NCBI GenBank assembly: GCA_039794085.1
Contig: JBDIWC010000018.1
Coordinates: 1-64,000, forward strand
Source of the DNA: Gemmatimonadales bacterium
Lineage (GTDB): Bacteria > Gemmatimonadota > Gemmatimonadetes > Gemmatimonadales > GWC2-71-9
Length of the DNA stretch: 64,000 bases
Direction: 5' to 3'
Below, piece after piece: positions 33,319-43,544 of this stretch; within the stretch, counting starts at the first letter, position 1, and each line of letters begins with the position of its first letter. A program made the translations under genes and the position numbers. The notes under the pieces were generated by a model. It was not told the origin of the DNA and did no database searches. It saw nothing but the letters and a program-made list of their open reading frames with translations.

Positions 33319-34137
33319 TCAGACCTCTTCTCGCACCTGCGCATAGGTAAGGACGGCAAACATCCCGGTACCTCCCAGGGCATTGCCGAGAAAGGCCGGC
33401 AGGATTCCCTTGCCCACGGCCGCGAACGGATCGAGGTCGCCGTGCAGGACCAACACAAAAAGCTCGGTGGAACCGGCGACCACGTGGGACAGACCACCGA
33501 GCCCGATCATGTAGGTCAGGATCAGGATCGTCAGCACCTCTCCACCCGCATCCATCCGCGGGAGGATCCACACGAGGGAGGCGATCAGAAACCCGGCCGG
33601 CATGCCCCAGGTCAGATGGTGGCCGGCGCTGGCGCTCCCATAGTGTCGCGCGATCGTCAGGATGCTCTCCAGATGTGGCGCGGGGACAATATCCCCAAAG
33701 ACAAGCAAGGCAGCGGCCAGCAGGCAGCCCGTCATGTTCGCGCTGAAGACGATCCCCCAGAGGCGCGCTGTCCGGAGGAAGATTGTGCGAGTTGGCCGGT
33801 GGAACAGTGAGAGAATCGGCGTCACGGTGTTTTCCGTGAACAGTTGCATCCGACCGAGGATGACGATGAGAAATCCGACGGGATACCCGAGGCTCACCAC
33901 GGCGGGGGTCCAGGGCGCGTCGGGCAGCACGGTTCGGAGAAAGCCCATGGACACCACGGACACGCTGATGGCGACCCCGGCGGTGACGCCTGACCACCAG
34001 AGCGCGCCAAACGAGCGGGACAGCTCATGGTCTCCCTCCGCGCGGATGGCTTCGTAGATGATGGAGGTCTTGACCCCCGTCATCTCCTCGGCCTGTGCGC
34101 GCTCCCCCTTATCGAGCCCCGATCGCTTCTGCGACAT
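33319..34137 (-). CDS. Formate/nitrite transporter family protein
   Basis: QLFTENT, HVVAGS, LGNALGG; multiple TM. Confidence 0.88.
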   Translation of the reverse strand: MSQKRSGLDKGERAQAEEMTGVKTSIIYEAIRAEGDHELSRSFGALWWSGVTAGVAISVSVVSMGFLRTVLPDAPWTPAVVSLGYPVGFLIVILGRMQLFTENTVTPILSLFHRPTRTIFLRTARLWGIVFSANMTGCLLAAALLVFGDIVPAPHLESILTIARHYGSASAGHHLTWGMPAGFLIASLVWILPRMDAGGEVLTILILTYMIGLGGLSHVVAGSTELFVLVLHGDLDPFAAVGKGILPAFLGNALGGTGMFAVLTYAQVREEV

Positions 34138-34241
34138 CACAGAACCCCTTTCCGGAACAATCCAGCGCCCCCCGGCTCGACGCCGGGCCAGGCGAGTCAG
34201 CGGGTGTGTGGCTGTGTGGTGTGGGACGAGTCCATGGTGCA

Positions 34242-34373
34242 GCCTAACGATCCTGTGCTGAGCGTCGAGTGCCTATTGGGTGGACGTTCGGGCGGCGCAA
34301 AGGAAACAATCCAGACGCGCGCCCGGTCATTCCGCCATCCATCGCGCTCACGAACTCCAGCGCGTGGTAAGAC
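34242..34373 (-). mobile_element. Degenerate integron attC site of the mrr cassette
   Basis: Minus strand: stop, then GTCTTAC (R'', one change from GTCTAAC), cacgcgctggag ... gctcagcacaggatc, GTTAGGC (R'). Confidence 0.75.
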
Positions 34374-34377
34374 CGCG

Positions 34378-35238
34378 TCACGACCGATACTCGTCAAAGA
34401 AAGTCTGATTCACGTCGTATGTGGTACGCGGGTGGAGGCCGAGCTCCAGGTGCTCGAGGAGATCTACGAGTGCTTCGCCATCGACGAGTTCAATGGGCGG
34501 GACTCCGTCCCGCACTGCCTCACGTTTGGCATCCGCGGAGAACGACGCGGTTGTAAGAATGAGTCCCTTGTCGGTCCTCCCCATCATGGCGCCACGAAAG
34601 TCACGCACGACTCCCGGCCCCACGGTGCTGGAGTATCTCTTGCACTGAAACAGAACCTTAAAGCTGACGAAGGGATTCAGCTGAAGTATCCCGATCCCAT
34701 CGATACCGCCGTCGCCCGATTGTCCCGTGACTGTAACCTGCTCGAATCCAGCTTCCCTAAGGAGCCGCTGGCAAAGGCGCTCGAATCCGTTGGCCGGCAA
34801 ACCCTGCAAGGTGGCCAGTACTCGGGTACGATAGTCGCCATCGGCTTCGTCCGGCGGTCGCTCTGCGGCCTGCCCAGCTTCGGCTTCGTCATCCGACCCA
34901 CCCTTCCGGCCCCATTCCGCAATGACACCCCTGACCAGATGGTCGATCTCGGGGCCCGACAGACGATCGGTCGCACGCCCTTTCGCCGTGAGCGCCCAGA
35001 CGCCACGTCGTGACGCATCGATATAGCCAGCCCGGACGAGATAATAGCGAGCCCATCCCACCTGATTGTCGAACCTGGATTGGCCGTTCTCAAGACGCTC
35101 CTCCAACACGGCATCATCGACTTTCAGGTATTCGGCTACTGCTGCCCTGGTTTCCGAAGCTTTTGCGGACCCCCCAAGCTCGCGAAGGACTGCCAAGAGG
35201 GGATTGATGTACTGGGCGAACTGAGATCCGATGGCCAT
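34378..35238 (-). CDS. mrr: Mrr-family (type IV) restriction endonuclease, integron cassette
   Basis: Mrr N-terminal RFDNQVGWARYYL..SRRGVWALT; FERLC, GDGGIDG, QCKRY, IELVDG. Confidence 0.92.
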   Translation of the reverse strand: MAIGSQFAQYINPLLAVLRELGGSAKASETRAAVAEYLKVDDAVLEERLENGQSRFDNQVGWARYYLVRAGYIDASRRGVWALTAKGRATDRLSGPEIDHLVRGVIAEWGRKGGSDDEAEAGQAAERPPDEADGDYRTRVLATLQGLPANGFERLCQRLLREAGFEQVTVTGQSGDGGIDGIGILQLNPFVSFKVLFQCKRYSSTVGPGVVRDFRGAMMGRTDKGLILTTASFSADAKREAVRDGVPPIELVDGEALVDLLEHLELGLHPRTTYDVNQTFFDEYRS

Positions 35239-35255
35239 TCGATCCGATCGCTGTC

Positions 35256-35320
35256 TGACGCGGTCTAACTTGTTAATCGGTGGATGGGGACGTTACCACC
35301 GTCCAGATATGCCCGCAAGA
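35256..35320 (-). mobile_element. attI-like site and cassette start (G/TTAGACCGCGTCA)
   Basis: 13 of 14 bases form an inverted match with the cassette end TGACGCGGTCTTAC; CTTGCGG..TCTGG..ACCGAT shared with 58575-58650. Confidence 0.65.
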
Positions 35321-35352
35321 CAGGCCTCCGGTCCTTCCTCGGTGCCCGGAAC

Positions 35353-35430
35353 GTCCACCGGGCTTCGGACCACCAACCCACCCCGGTTGAGAACGGCGGT
35401 GGAGATCAGCGTGGTGCTCAGGTCGCTCCA
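35353..35430 (-). pseudogene. intI: Integron integrase C-terminal stub 2 (degenerate)
   Basis: WSDLSTTLISTAVLNRGGLVVRSPVD versus the IntI-type end HSDVSTTMIYTHVLNRGGxGVRSPLD; catalytic Tyr lost. Confidence 0.78.
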
Positions 35431-35554
35431 AGCGATCACAGATCGCCTCAGAGGGTGCGCCGCAAGCAGCGCACCCACGGGTTGACACCGTCACCTTGTA
35501 CGGGCCGTCTGCGAACCCCTCCCGCCCACCGCCCACCGCTGACCGCCTTTCGTT

Positions 35555-35654
35555 GCCACCTGGCGCTCGGGCGACGCGACCGCGTCGCCCCAAGGACGAC
35601 GCATGCGTCGCCCCTACACCTACTCCCTATTCCCTACTCCCTACTCCCTTTACT
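35555..35654. repeat. Two GTAG-type REP hairpins plus (CTCCCTA)n
   Basis: gggcgacgcgaccgcgtcgccc and gacgacgcatgcgtcgcccctac; homologous to 14050-14114. Confidence 0.85.
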
Positions 35655-35664
35655 TTCCCAACCC

Positions 35665-36144
35665 ATGCTCGATGCCATCATGACCTTCTTCCGGGGACAC
35701 CTCGCCGGGCCCGACACCCCCACGGCCGACCCCGACGACCCCACTCGCCTGCGGCAGGCCGCCTGTGCCCTCCTGGTCGAGCTGGCCTGGGCCGACGGCG
35801 GCTTTTCCGACACCGAACGGAGTCAGCTCACCCGGTCCCTCGAAACCCGCATGGGGCTCGACCCCGACACCGCGTCCGAGCTCATCGCCCTCGCCGAGGC
35901 CGAACGGCACACCGCGCACGATTACTACCAGTTCACCTCGCTCGTCGCCCAGCATTTCAGTGCCCGGGAAAAGCACCTCCTCCTCGAGGTGATGTGGGAA
36001 CTGATCCTCGCCGACGGCACCATCAGCCGCGCCGAGGATCATCTGATTCGCCGGGTGGCTCCCCTGCTCGGCCTCGAGACCCGCAGCGTGGCCGACGCCA
36101 AGGCCCGTGTGCTCCAACGCACTCCATCCCCTCCGGGAGAATGA
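35665..36144 (+). CDS. TerB-family protein
   Basis: ALLVELAWADG, YQFTSLV, MWELILADG..EDHLIRRVAPLLG. Confidence 0.85.
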   Translation: MLDAIMTFFRGHLAGPDTPTADPDDPTRLRQAACALLVELAWADGGFSDTERSQLTRSLETRMGLDPDTASELIALAEAERHTAHDYYQFTSLVAQHFSAREKHLLLEVMWELILADGTISRAEDHLIRRVAPLLGLETRSVADAKARVLQRTPSPPGE

Positions 36145-39100
36145 CCATGCTCCGTCCGCTCTTCGCCGTCTCCCTCCTGCTGTGCAGCACGACGGGACCG
36201 CTTGTGGCCCAGGATGAGGCGCCCGCCAGCCGGGGGGGACGAGCCCGGGAAAAGCCCCTCCCGCTGGAGGCGGCTCGATCGGCGCGCATCACCACCGATC
36301 AGGTCTCCTGGATGTCCCTCGACCTGAGCCCCGACGGCCAGACCCTCGTGTTCGACGCTCTCGGCGATCTCTACACCCTCCCCGTCACCGGTGACACCCC
36401 GACCCGCCTCACCTCCGGCCTCGCCTTCGACGGGCAGCCCCGGTTCAGCCCCGACGGAAAGCGGATCGTCTTCGTGTCCGACCGGAGCGGCGGGGACAAT
36501 GTCTGGATCATGTCCCTGGATGGCAAAGACACGGTGCAGGTCACCAAGGGGAACACCAACCAGTACCACTCCCCCGAGTGGACCCCCGATGGGGAATACA
36601 TCGTCGTCTCCCGCTCCGGCCAGGGGGGTGCCAAGCTCTATCTCTACCATGCCACCGGCGGATCGGGCGCCCGGCTCGGCGGGCAACCCGACAATGCCCG
36701 CAGCATCGGCGCGGCCTTCGGGCCCGATCCCCGGTACATCTGGTATGCCACCCGTACCGGCGACCATACCTACAACGCCGTGCTCCCCACCTATCAGCTT
36801 GGGCTTTACGACCGGGAAACCGGCACCCGCACCGCGATGACCTCGCGGCAGGGAGGGGGATTCCGGCCCGCGCTCTCGCCGGATGGGAAATGGCTCGCCT
36901 ACGGAAGCCGCCACGACTCCAACACCGGTCTCCGGCTCCGCGATCTCGCCACCGGCGACGAACGGTGGCTCGCCTTTCCCATTCAGCGGGATGACATCGA
37001 GTCCCGTGCCACCCAGGATGCCCTCCCCGGCTACACCTTCACACCCGACAGCCGGACCGTGATCATGAGCTACCATGGGCAGATCTGGCGGGTGCCGGTG
37101 GACGGTGCCGCCGCGACGCGCATCCCGTTCACGCTGGAGACGGAGGTGGCGATCGGGCCCGAGGTCCGCTTCGACTATCCGGTGGAGGACAGCGCCCAGT
37201 TCACCGTGCGCCAGATCCGCGATGCCGTGCCCTCGCCCGATGGCCGCCGGCTCGCCTTCTCCGCGCTGGGCAAGCTCTACGTGATGGACTGGCCTGCCGG
37301 TACCCCGCGGCGGCTCACCACTCTCCCCTACGAGGAGCACTACCCGGCCTGGTCGCCCGATGGCCGGGAGATCGCCTTCGTGACCTGGGCCGATTCCTCG
37401 GGCGGGCATCTCTACAAGGTGGCCTCCATCGGGAGTGCCCGTTCCACGCGACTCACCCGCACCGCGGGAGCATACGTCGAGACCGCGTGGTCGCCCGACG
37501 GCGCCCGGATCGTGTCGATCAAGTCCCCGGCGCGGGAGATGCGCGAGGAGCTGCAGCGCTTCTCGCCGGGACAGGGGGCCGAGTTCGTGTGGGTCCCCGC
37601 GGCCGGTGGCGAGCTGACGGTGATTGCCCAGACCCGCGGTCGGCGGGTGCCACATTTTACAAGGGATTCCACCCGGCTCTGGGCCTACAGCGGAGGGGGC
37701 GGGCTGGTGTCGATGCGATGGGATGGCACCGATGTGAAGGAGCATCTCAAGGTGACCGGTCAGTCCCAGCCCGGGTCCACCCAGGCGCCCCCCGCCGCGC
37801 TGATCCGCATGGCTCCCGTGGGTAATCAGGCGCTGGCTCAGGTCGGGATGGACATCTTTGTGGTGACGGTGCCGCTGGTCGGCGGGACGGTGCCGACGGT
37901 GTCGGTGGCCAACCCCGACAACGCGGCCTTCCCGGTGAAGAAGCTGACGGAGATCGGAGGCGAGTTCGCCCACTGGAGCGCCGACGGCCGGAAGGTGCAC
38001 TGGTCGATCGGGAACGCGCACCTGGTGTACGATCTCGACCGGGCGAAGGCGGTGGAGGACAGCGTGCGCGCCGCTCGGGCCACCCGCCCGGCCAACGACA
38101 GCACCGCCCGCCCGGCCAACGACACGACACGCGCCGGAGGGTACCAACCCGAGGAACGGCGCATCATCATCCGCGCGGCCCGCGACATTCCCCGCGGAAC
38201 GGTCGTGCTCCGGGGAGGTCGGGCCATCACGATGCGGGGGCGGGAGATCATTGAGAACGCCGACATCGTCGTCACCGACAATCGGATCGTGGCGGTCGGA
38301 GCCCGCGGCCAGGTGACCATTCCCGCCGGCGCCCGGGAGATCGACGTGACCGGAAAGATCATCCTCCCCGGCTTCGTCGACACCCATTCCCACCTGCGGC
38401 ACACGCCGGGCGTGCACAAGGATGCGCTCTGGGCGTATCTCGCCAACCTCGCCTATGGCGTCACCACCATGCGGGACCCCCAGACCGCCACCACCGACGT
38501 GCTCACCTACGCCGACCGGGTGGACGCCGGTACCCTCCTCGGTCCCCGGGTCTACTCGACGGGCCCCGGCGTCTTTGCCGGCGAGAACATCGAGAGTCTC
38601 GACCACGCGCGGAACGTGCTCAAGCGCTACAGCCAATACTACGACACCAAGACGCTGAAGATGTACATGACGGGGAATCGCCAGCAGCGGCAATGGGTGA
38701 TCATGGCGGCCCGCGAGCTCCAACTGATGCCCACCACCGAGGGGGGAATCGACTTCAAGCTGGAACTCACCCACGCGATGGACGGGTATGCGGGGCTGGA
38801 GCATTCGCTCCCCGTGGCCCCACTCTATCGCGACGTGGTGGAGCTGTTCAAGACGTCCAAGACGGCGTACACTCCGACCCTGCTCGTGTCGTACGGCGGG
38901 CCCTGGGCGGAGAACTACTACTATGCCACCGAGCAGCCGCACAATGATGCGAAGCTCCGGCGCTTCACTCCGGGGGACGAACTTGACGGGAAGACCCGCC
39001 GTCGCGGCGGGGGAACCTCCGCGGGGTGGTTCATGCCCGACGAGCATGTCTTCAACCGCCATGCCAACTTCGTGCGGGACCTGGTGGAAGTGGGGGGATG

Positions 39101-39470
39101 GGCCGGGGTCGGGAGCCACGGCCAGCTCCAGGGCTTGGGCTACCACTGGGAACTCTGGTCGGTGCAGTCCGGCGGAGCCACCCAATTCGACGCCCTTCGC
39201 ATGGCCACCATTCTCGGCGCCCAGGCACTCGGCTTCGGGAATGATCTGGGAAGTCTGGAACCGGGCAAGCTCGCCGACCTCCTGGTGCTCGACCGGGACC
39301 CAACCGAGAACATCCGGAACTCCAACTCGGTGCGGATGGTGATGAAGAATGGCCGCCTCTACGACGCGGACACCCTGAACCAGGTCTGGCCCACGGCGGT
39401 GCCCCTGCCGCCCCTCGGCTGGGGGCACGATGATCCGGATGTGAAGGCCGGGGTGGGCAGGCGGCCGTAG
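36141..39470 (+). CDS. Secreted amidohydrolase with N-terminal TolB/PD40 beta-propeller repeats
   Basis: Signal peptide; repeated SPDG motifs; PGFVDTHSH metal motif; GSLEPGKLADL. Confidence 0.9.
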   Translation: MTMLRPLFAVSLLLCSTTGPLVAQDEAPASRGGRAREKPLPLEAARSARITTDQVSWMSLDLSPDGQTLVFDALGDLYTLPVTGDTPTRLTSGLAFDGQPRFSPDGKRIVFVSDRSGGDNVWIMSLDGKDTVQVTKGNTNQYHSPEWTPDGEYIVVSRSGQGGAKLYLYHATGGSGARLGGQPDNARSIGAAFGPDPRYIWYATRTGDHTYNAVLPTYQLGLYDRETGTRTAMTSRQGGGFRPALSPDGKWLAYGSRHDSNTGLRLRDLATGDERWLAFPIQRDDIESRATQDALPGYTFTPDSRTVIMSYHGQIWRVPVDGAAATRIPFTLETEVAIGPEVRFDYPVEDSAQFTVRQIRDAVPSPDGRRLAFSALGKLYVMDWPAGTPRRLTTLPYEEHYPAWSPDGREIAFVTWADSSGGHLYKVASIGSARSTRLTRTAGAYVETAWSPDGARIVSIKSPAREMREELQRFSPGQGAEFVWVPAAGGELTVIAQTRGRRVPHFTRDSTRLWAYSGGGGLVSMRWDGTDVKEHLKVTGQSQPGSTQAPPAALIRMAPVGNQALAQVGMDIFVVTVPLVGGTVPTVSVANPDNAAFPVKKLTEIGGEFAHWSADGRKVHWSIGNAHLVYDLDRAKAVEDSVRAARATRPANDSTARPANDTTRAGGYQPEERRIIIRAARDIPRGTVVLRGGRAITMRGREIIENADIVVTDNRIVAVGARGQVTIPAGAREIDVTGKIILPGFVDTHSHLRHTPGVHKDALWAYLANLAYGVTTMRDPQTATTDVLTYADRVDAGTLLGPRVYSTGPGVFAGENIESLDHARNVLKRYSQYYDTKTLKMYMTGNRQQRQWVIMAARELQLMPTTEGGIDFKLELTHAMDGYAGLEHSLPVAPLYRDVVELFKTSKTAYTPTLLVSYGGPWAENYYYATEQPHNDAKLRRFTPGDELDGKTRRRGGGTSAGWFMPDEHVFNRHANFVRDLVEVGGWAGVGSHGQLQGLGYHWELWSVQSGGATQFDALRMATILGAQALGFGNDLGSLEPGKLADLLVLDRDPTENIRNSNSVRMVMKNGRLYDADTLNQVWPTAVPLPPLGWGHDDPDVKAGVGRRP

Positions 39471-39748
39471 TAGGGGCGGCCCGTGGCCGGGTGATCACCG
39501 GTCGTGACAGTGCAGGAATAGGGAGTAGGGAGTAGGGAAGGGGAGAGGGGGCGTGGAAGGGATCGGAACGTCACCCCGGCGAACGCCGGGGTCCATCGTG
39601 CGGGAGGTCGGGAATGACACTGGATTCATGGCCGGAATGACGGCCTCCCCGTCGTCTGTCCTCTGTCCTCTGTCCTCTGTCCTGGGTGTCGGAGCGGCAG
39701 GCGAGAGGGGCCCGATACCAATCACCCATTACCCATCACCCATTACCC
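39468..39748. repeat. Repeat mosaic: (TAGGGAG)n, REP doublet 39570-39641, (TGTCCTC)n, (CCCATYA)n
   Basis: Directly visible. Confidence 0.85.
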
Positions 39749-39758
39749 GAAACCCATC

Positions 39759-41672
39759 ATGACATCCCTCGGACGCAATCAGCCTTGTCCCTGCGGGTCA
39801 GGGAAGAAGTTCAAGAACTGTCACGGGCGGGAGGGGAATGCGAACCGGGGAGGGCTCTCCCTCATGCATGGGGGCGCAGCGTTGGACCGTCCGGGAGCTG
39901 ACCGGAGCAGCATTCCCTCCCCTGACCCCGATTCCCGGTGGGAGGTGGACCTCCTGCCCGCCCCCATCTCCATCGGAACCGCTCCCCACTCACGCGTCGC
40001 CTGTGTGTTGGTGATGGGTGACGGATTCATCCTCTTCAGTGATTTTCTCACCGACCCGCCCAGCGAGTCGGACGACGTGGCCCGGGTGTTGATTGAGGCG
40101 GTGGAAAAGGCATCGACACGAGTGGGACGGTGGCCACGTACGATCGCGGTCCGCCGTGAGGTGATCGCCCGGGAGTTGCGGCCACTCCTCGGGGAGCGAC
40201 ACACGAGCGTGACCACCACGCGGTTGCCGGAGGTGGACGAGGCGGGCCGTTCGCTGATGGCACACATGAACCCCGGATCTCCGGAACGCCCCTTGGGGCT
40301 CTCCATTCCCGACAGGTGGGGGTCCTGGGGTCTTCCGACGGCGTTGGTGGGGGAATTGTTTGCCGCCTCCGCCGCGTTCTTTCGGGATCGGCCGTGGGAG
40401 CGTCTGGTCAATGCCGATCTCATGATGGCGACGACCCCGGGGGGAACCTCCTGGACCATGATCGTGCTGGGAGGAGCCGGCATGGAGTACGGCGTGGCGC
40501 TGTACGCCGATCTGGCGGACCTGGAGAGCCAGCTGACCACCGAGAGCGCGGATCCCGGATGGGAGGATGTCGTCCTCTCCCTCACCTTCCTGCGCCGGAG
40601 CGATGTGTCCCCCGCCATGCGCAAGGAGGTCCTCGCCGCCGGATGGGAGGTGGCCGGGACCGATGCGTGGCCCTTCCTCATCACGGCCAACACCCCGGGC
40701 GGCGGAATCACCCGCGCCCAGGCAACCGACCTTCGGGACATCCTCCGCGCCCTGCCGGAGTTCTCCCGGTTTCTGGCGTCCGCCCGTGCCGAAGGAGCCG
40801 TCCCTCCCATTGTCTGGACCGACCCGGAGATGGGGGTCTCCCTGGTGCTGGAATCGGACGGGGAGGAACCGTCTCTCTGGCCTCCCCCGGTGGCACTCGA
40901 ACCGGCGCTCCCGACCGGATTGGGAGCCAACCCCGCCTCGGCGCTGCTGGTGCCGGAGGAAGGGACGTTGTCTCGGGATACGGAGGAACTCGTTGACCGA
41001 TTCCAGGAGTCGCTCAGCCTCCGGTTTTCGGCGGCGACGGCGTTCCGCCATGCGGACAACGCCGATCTCTTTCTCACCTATCTGTCGGATGCGGCGGGGA
41101 TTCCGGTCGAGGCGGTGACCGAATGCGACCTCATCATCTTTCTCTTCGACTGGGTGCATCGCACAGTGGTCTATCCCCCGGGAGAGATGCGGGCGATTCC
41201 CGTGTCCCTCAAACGCTTCTTCCATTTTCTGGAGACGGAACAGGAACTGCTGCTTCCCTGGGCGTGGAAGATCCTGGAGGATCGCGAGGCATTCGATATC
41301 CGGGCGGAGAGTTGCCCGGGCGGCGGGTTCGCTTTCCTGAACCCCGACCTGCAGGAATGGGTTGCGGACCTCGGAGTCGATTTGGCGGCGCGCGTCTTCC
41401 TGCCGAATCCCGCCATGGCGGATGGCGGGGTCTGGGGCGAGATGATGGAAGTGGAGGAAGCCACCCTGTTCCACGAGCTGAGACGCCGGTGGTTGATCTG
41501 GCGGGACGAGGTCATCGCCTCGGGTGTCACCAGTCCGGGGGAGGTGCGGGAGGAACTGGCCCGGCGCCAGGCAGCGTGGGAGCGGTCGCCCCATCCGCGG
41601 CACAAGGGCAGGACCCCCCTCCAGGTCGTGCACCGCGAGCGAAAGAGGTTGGGTGGTGAAGACAGATGGTAG
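39759..41672 (+). CDS. SEC-C motif protein with a C-terminal helical domain resembling recombinase core-binding domains
   Basis: GRNQPCPCGSGKKFKNCHG; ..SAATAFRHADNADLFLTYL..SLKRFFHFLE. Confidence 0.8.
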   Translation: MTSLGRNQPCPCGSGKKFKNCHGREGNANRGGLSLMHGGAALDRPGADRSSIPSPDPDSRWEVDLLPAPISIGTAPHSRVACVLVMGDGFILFSDFLTDPPSESDDVARVLIEAVEKASTRVGRWPRTIAVRREVIARELRPLLGERHTSVTTTRLPEVDEAGRSLMAHMNPGSPERPLGLSIPDRWGSWGLPTALVGELFAASAAFFRDRPWERLVNADLMMATTPGGTSWTMIVLGGAGMEYGVALYADLADLESQLTTESADPGWEDVVLSLTFLRRSDVSPAMRKEVLAAGWEVAGTDAWPFLITANTPGGGITRAQATDLRDILRALPEFSRFLASARAEGAVPPIVWTDPEMGVSLVLESDGEEPSLWPPPVALEPALPTGLGANPASALLVPEEGTLSRDTEELVDRFQESLSLRFSAATAFRHADNADLFLTYLSDAAGIPVEAVTECDLIIFLFDWVHRTVVYPPGEMRAIPVSLKRFFHFLETEQELLLPWAWKILEDREAFDIRAESCPGGGFAFLNPDLQEWVADLGVDLAARVFLPNPAMADGGVWGEMMEVEEATLFHELRRRWLIWRDEVIASGVTSPGEVREELARRQAAWERSPHPRHKGRTPLQVVHRERKRLGGEDRW

Positions 41673-41704
41673 GGGATAGGACTCCCTGCCCCGCCCCCCC
41701 CCGC

Positions 41705-41795
41705 GGGTGTTGGGTATCGGGTGTTGGGTATTGGGAACTACGGTGTGGGGCCCAATACCCAGTCCCCAGTCCCCAACACCCAGTCTCCAGCACCC
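41705..41795. repeat. Inverted heptamer array pair (TGGGTRT)n / (CCCARYM)n between convergent genes
   Basis: Can form a long imperfect hairpin; homologous to 321-391. Confidence 0.85.
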
Positions 41796-41801
41796 GGGAC
41801 C

Positions 41802-43541
41802 TCAGGGCACGAACAGCAGTCGATGCCCGAGCATCAGCCCGCCGAGCACCAGGGCCACCACGAGGGCCAGGGTGCCCAGTTCCCGACCAAGACCGGTCAG
41901 CCCCCGGACCACGCTGCGCCCGGGCCAGATCCCGGGTGCGTCCACGGTGCGGGCAAACTCCTCGGCGTGGGCTCGATTGGCTCCGGGTCCGAGAGCGATC
42001 GCGGCCAGGGTGACGAGGAGGCTTCCGGAAGCGATCCAGACGAGTTGCCGTTCGTAGGTCACGTCGAGCGCCGCCGTCACCGCGGCAAGGGTGAGGCCGG
42101 TCACCGCCCCCGTGAGTTCGGCAAAGGCGGTGACGCGCCACCAGAGCCACCGCAGGAGGGTCGGGGCGCCGAGGGCCGCGCCCAGAGCCGCCACCCAGGT
42201 CCACGCCTGTTCAATGGTCTCGATCTGCATCGCCACCAGCAGGGCAAGCACCGCGAATGCCACCACTGTCGCCCGGCCGAGGGTCACCTGGGTCCTCGGG
42301 GAGAGGCCGGGCCGGAGGCGCAGGAACACGTCGCTCACGGCGTAGGAGGCACCCCAGTTGAAGTGGGTGTCGATGGTGCTCATGAACGCGGCGAGGATAG
42401 AGACCACCAGGAGTCCGAGCACTCCTGGTGGGAGGAGTGCGATCATGAGGGCGGGCCAGGCCGCTTCCCGGTCGGCACGCACCGTGGCCGTGAGGTCCGG
42501 GGAGAGCTGGCTCACCGTGCCGTCCCCCAGGGGGATCAGGACCAGGGCGGCGACACCCACCACGAACCAGGGCCACACCCTCACCATATATTGCAGCGCG
42601 ACGAAGAGCCAGGCGGCACGCACTGCGTCGGTCTCGCTGCGGGAGGCGCTGAGGCGTTGCTGGAGATACCCCCCGCCATCCGCCGGGATGTTGGCGAATC
42701 CCTGCACCAGGAGGTACGCCCCGAGCGTGAACGCGCCGAGCCCGAGCGCGCCGGCCCAGCCGCCGTCCAGGGTGGGAAAGAGGCGGAGGAAGTCGGTGGA
42801 CTCCGGGCCGTAGAGAGTCCGCAGTTGGGTGTGGAGCGCGGTCCGTCCCCCCACCGCGCGCCAGGCGGCCACCGCGAGCCAGATGCCCCCCACCATCCCG
42901 AGCGCGAACTGGACCAGGTCGGTGCGGACGACGCCCCGGATGCCGCCCAGGGAGGAGTAGAGGGTGACGATGAGAACCAGCGCCAGGATGGTCAGGAATT
43001 CGCCGGGTCCGCCGAGAGCGCTCCCTTCGGGCACGAAGCGGGCGGCTGCGTGGGTCAGCCCGGGTGCCCACTGCTCCCAGGGCACCAGCGCGTGCGCGAT
43101 CTTTCCCATGGCCCGGAGCACCCACCCCAGGATGATCACGTTGTACACCAGGCCGTAGAGCCCCGCGCGGAATGTCCGCAGCGTCCCCGCCGCGGCATCG
43201 TCGTAGCGGCGGCTGATGAACTCGGCGTCGGTCACCACGTCGCTCCGCCACCAGCGCCGGGCAAAGACCGCCACCACCCCGGCATGCACCAGGATCCAGC
43301 TCAGCCAGAGCCAGTTGCCCGAGATGCCACGGGAGGCAATGATCCCTGCCACCACCAGGGGGGTGTCGGCGGCGAAGGTGGTGGCGGCGATCGACACCCC
43401 GGCCCACCACCAGGGGAGCGAGCGATCGGCGAGGAAGTAGCTCCGACGTCCGGTGGAACTCCCACCCCGCATCGCGACGCCCACGCCGAGGGCAAGGAAG
43501 AGATAGGCGCCGATGATCGCCCAGTCGACCGGATGCAGCAC
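41802..43541 (-). CDS. Sodium:solute symporter family protein
   Basis: YFLADRSLPWW, AATTFAADTPL, GGIRGVVRTD, AAFMST; many TM. Confidence 0.92.
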   Translation of the reverse strand: MLHPVDWAIIGAYLFLALGVGVAMRGGSSTGRRSYFLADRSLPWWWAGVSIAATTFAADTPLVVAGIIASRGISGNWLWLSWILVHAGVVAVFARRWWRSDVVTDAEFISRRYDDAAAGTLRTFRAGLYGLVYNVIILGWVLRAMGKIAHALVPWEQWAPGLTHAAARFVPEGSALGGPGEFLTILALVLIVTLYSSLGGIRGVVRTDLVQFALGMVGGIWLAVAAWRAVGGRTALHTQLRTLYGPESTDFLRLFPTLDGGWAGALGLGAFTLGAYLLVQGFANIPADGGGYLQQRLSASRSETDAVRAAWLFVALQYMVRVWPWFVVGVAALVLIPLGDGTVSQLSPDLTATVRADREAAWPALMIALLPPGVLGLLVVSILAAFMSTIDTHFNWGASYAVSDVFLRLRPGLSPRTQVTLGRATVVAFAVLALLVAMQIETIEQAWTWVAALGAALGAPTLLRWLWWRVTAFAELTGAVTGLTLAAVTAALDVTYERQLVWIASGSLLVTLAAIALGPGANRAHAEEFARTVDAPGIWPGRSVVRGLTGLGRELGTLALVVALVLGGLMLGHRLLFVP

Positions 43542-43544
43542 CGG

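Noticed and set aside
33293..34188. Short inverted repeats (GGCGTCGAGC) flanking the formate/nitrite transporter gene
   Set aside because: About 10 bp of GC-rich match can arise by chance; no transposase or target duplication
36039..39428. 1129-aa antisense ORF, and similar long shadows (2267-4666, 8450-10633, 10039-12309, 19195-22524, 47058-49739)
   Set aside because: They lie opposite well-supported genes and have no motifs; long stop-free antisense frames are expected in high-GC coding DNA
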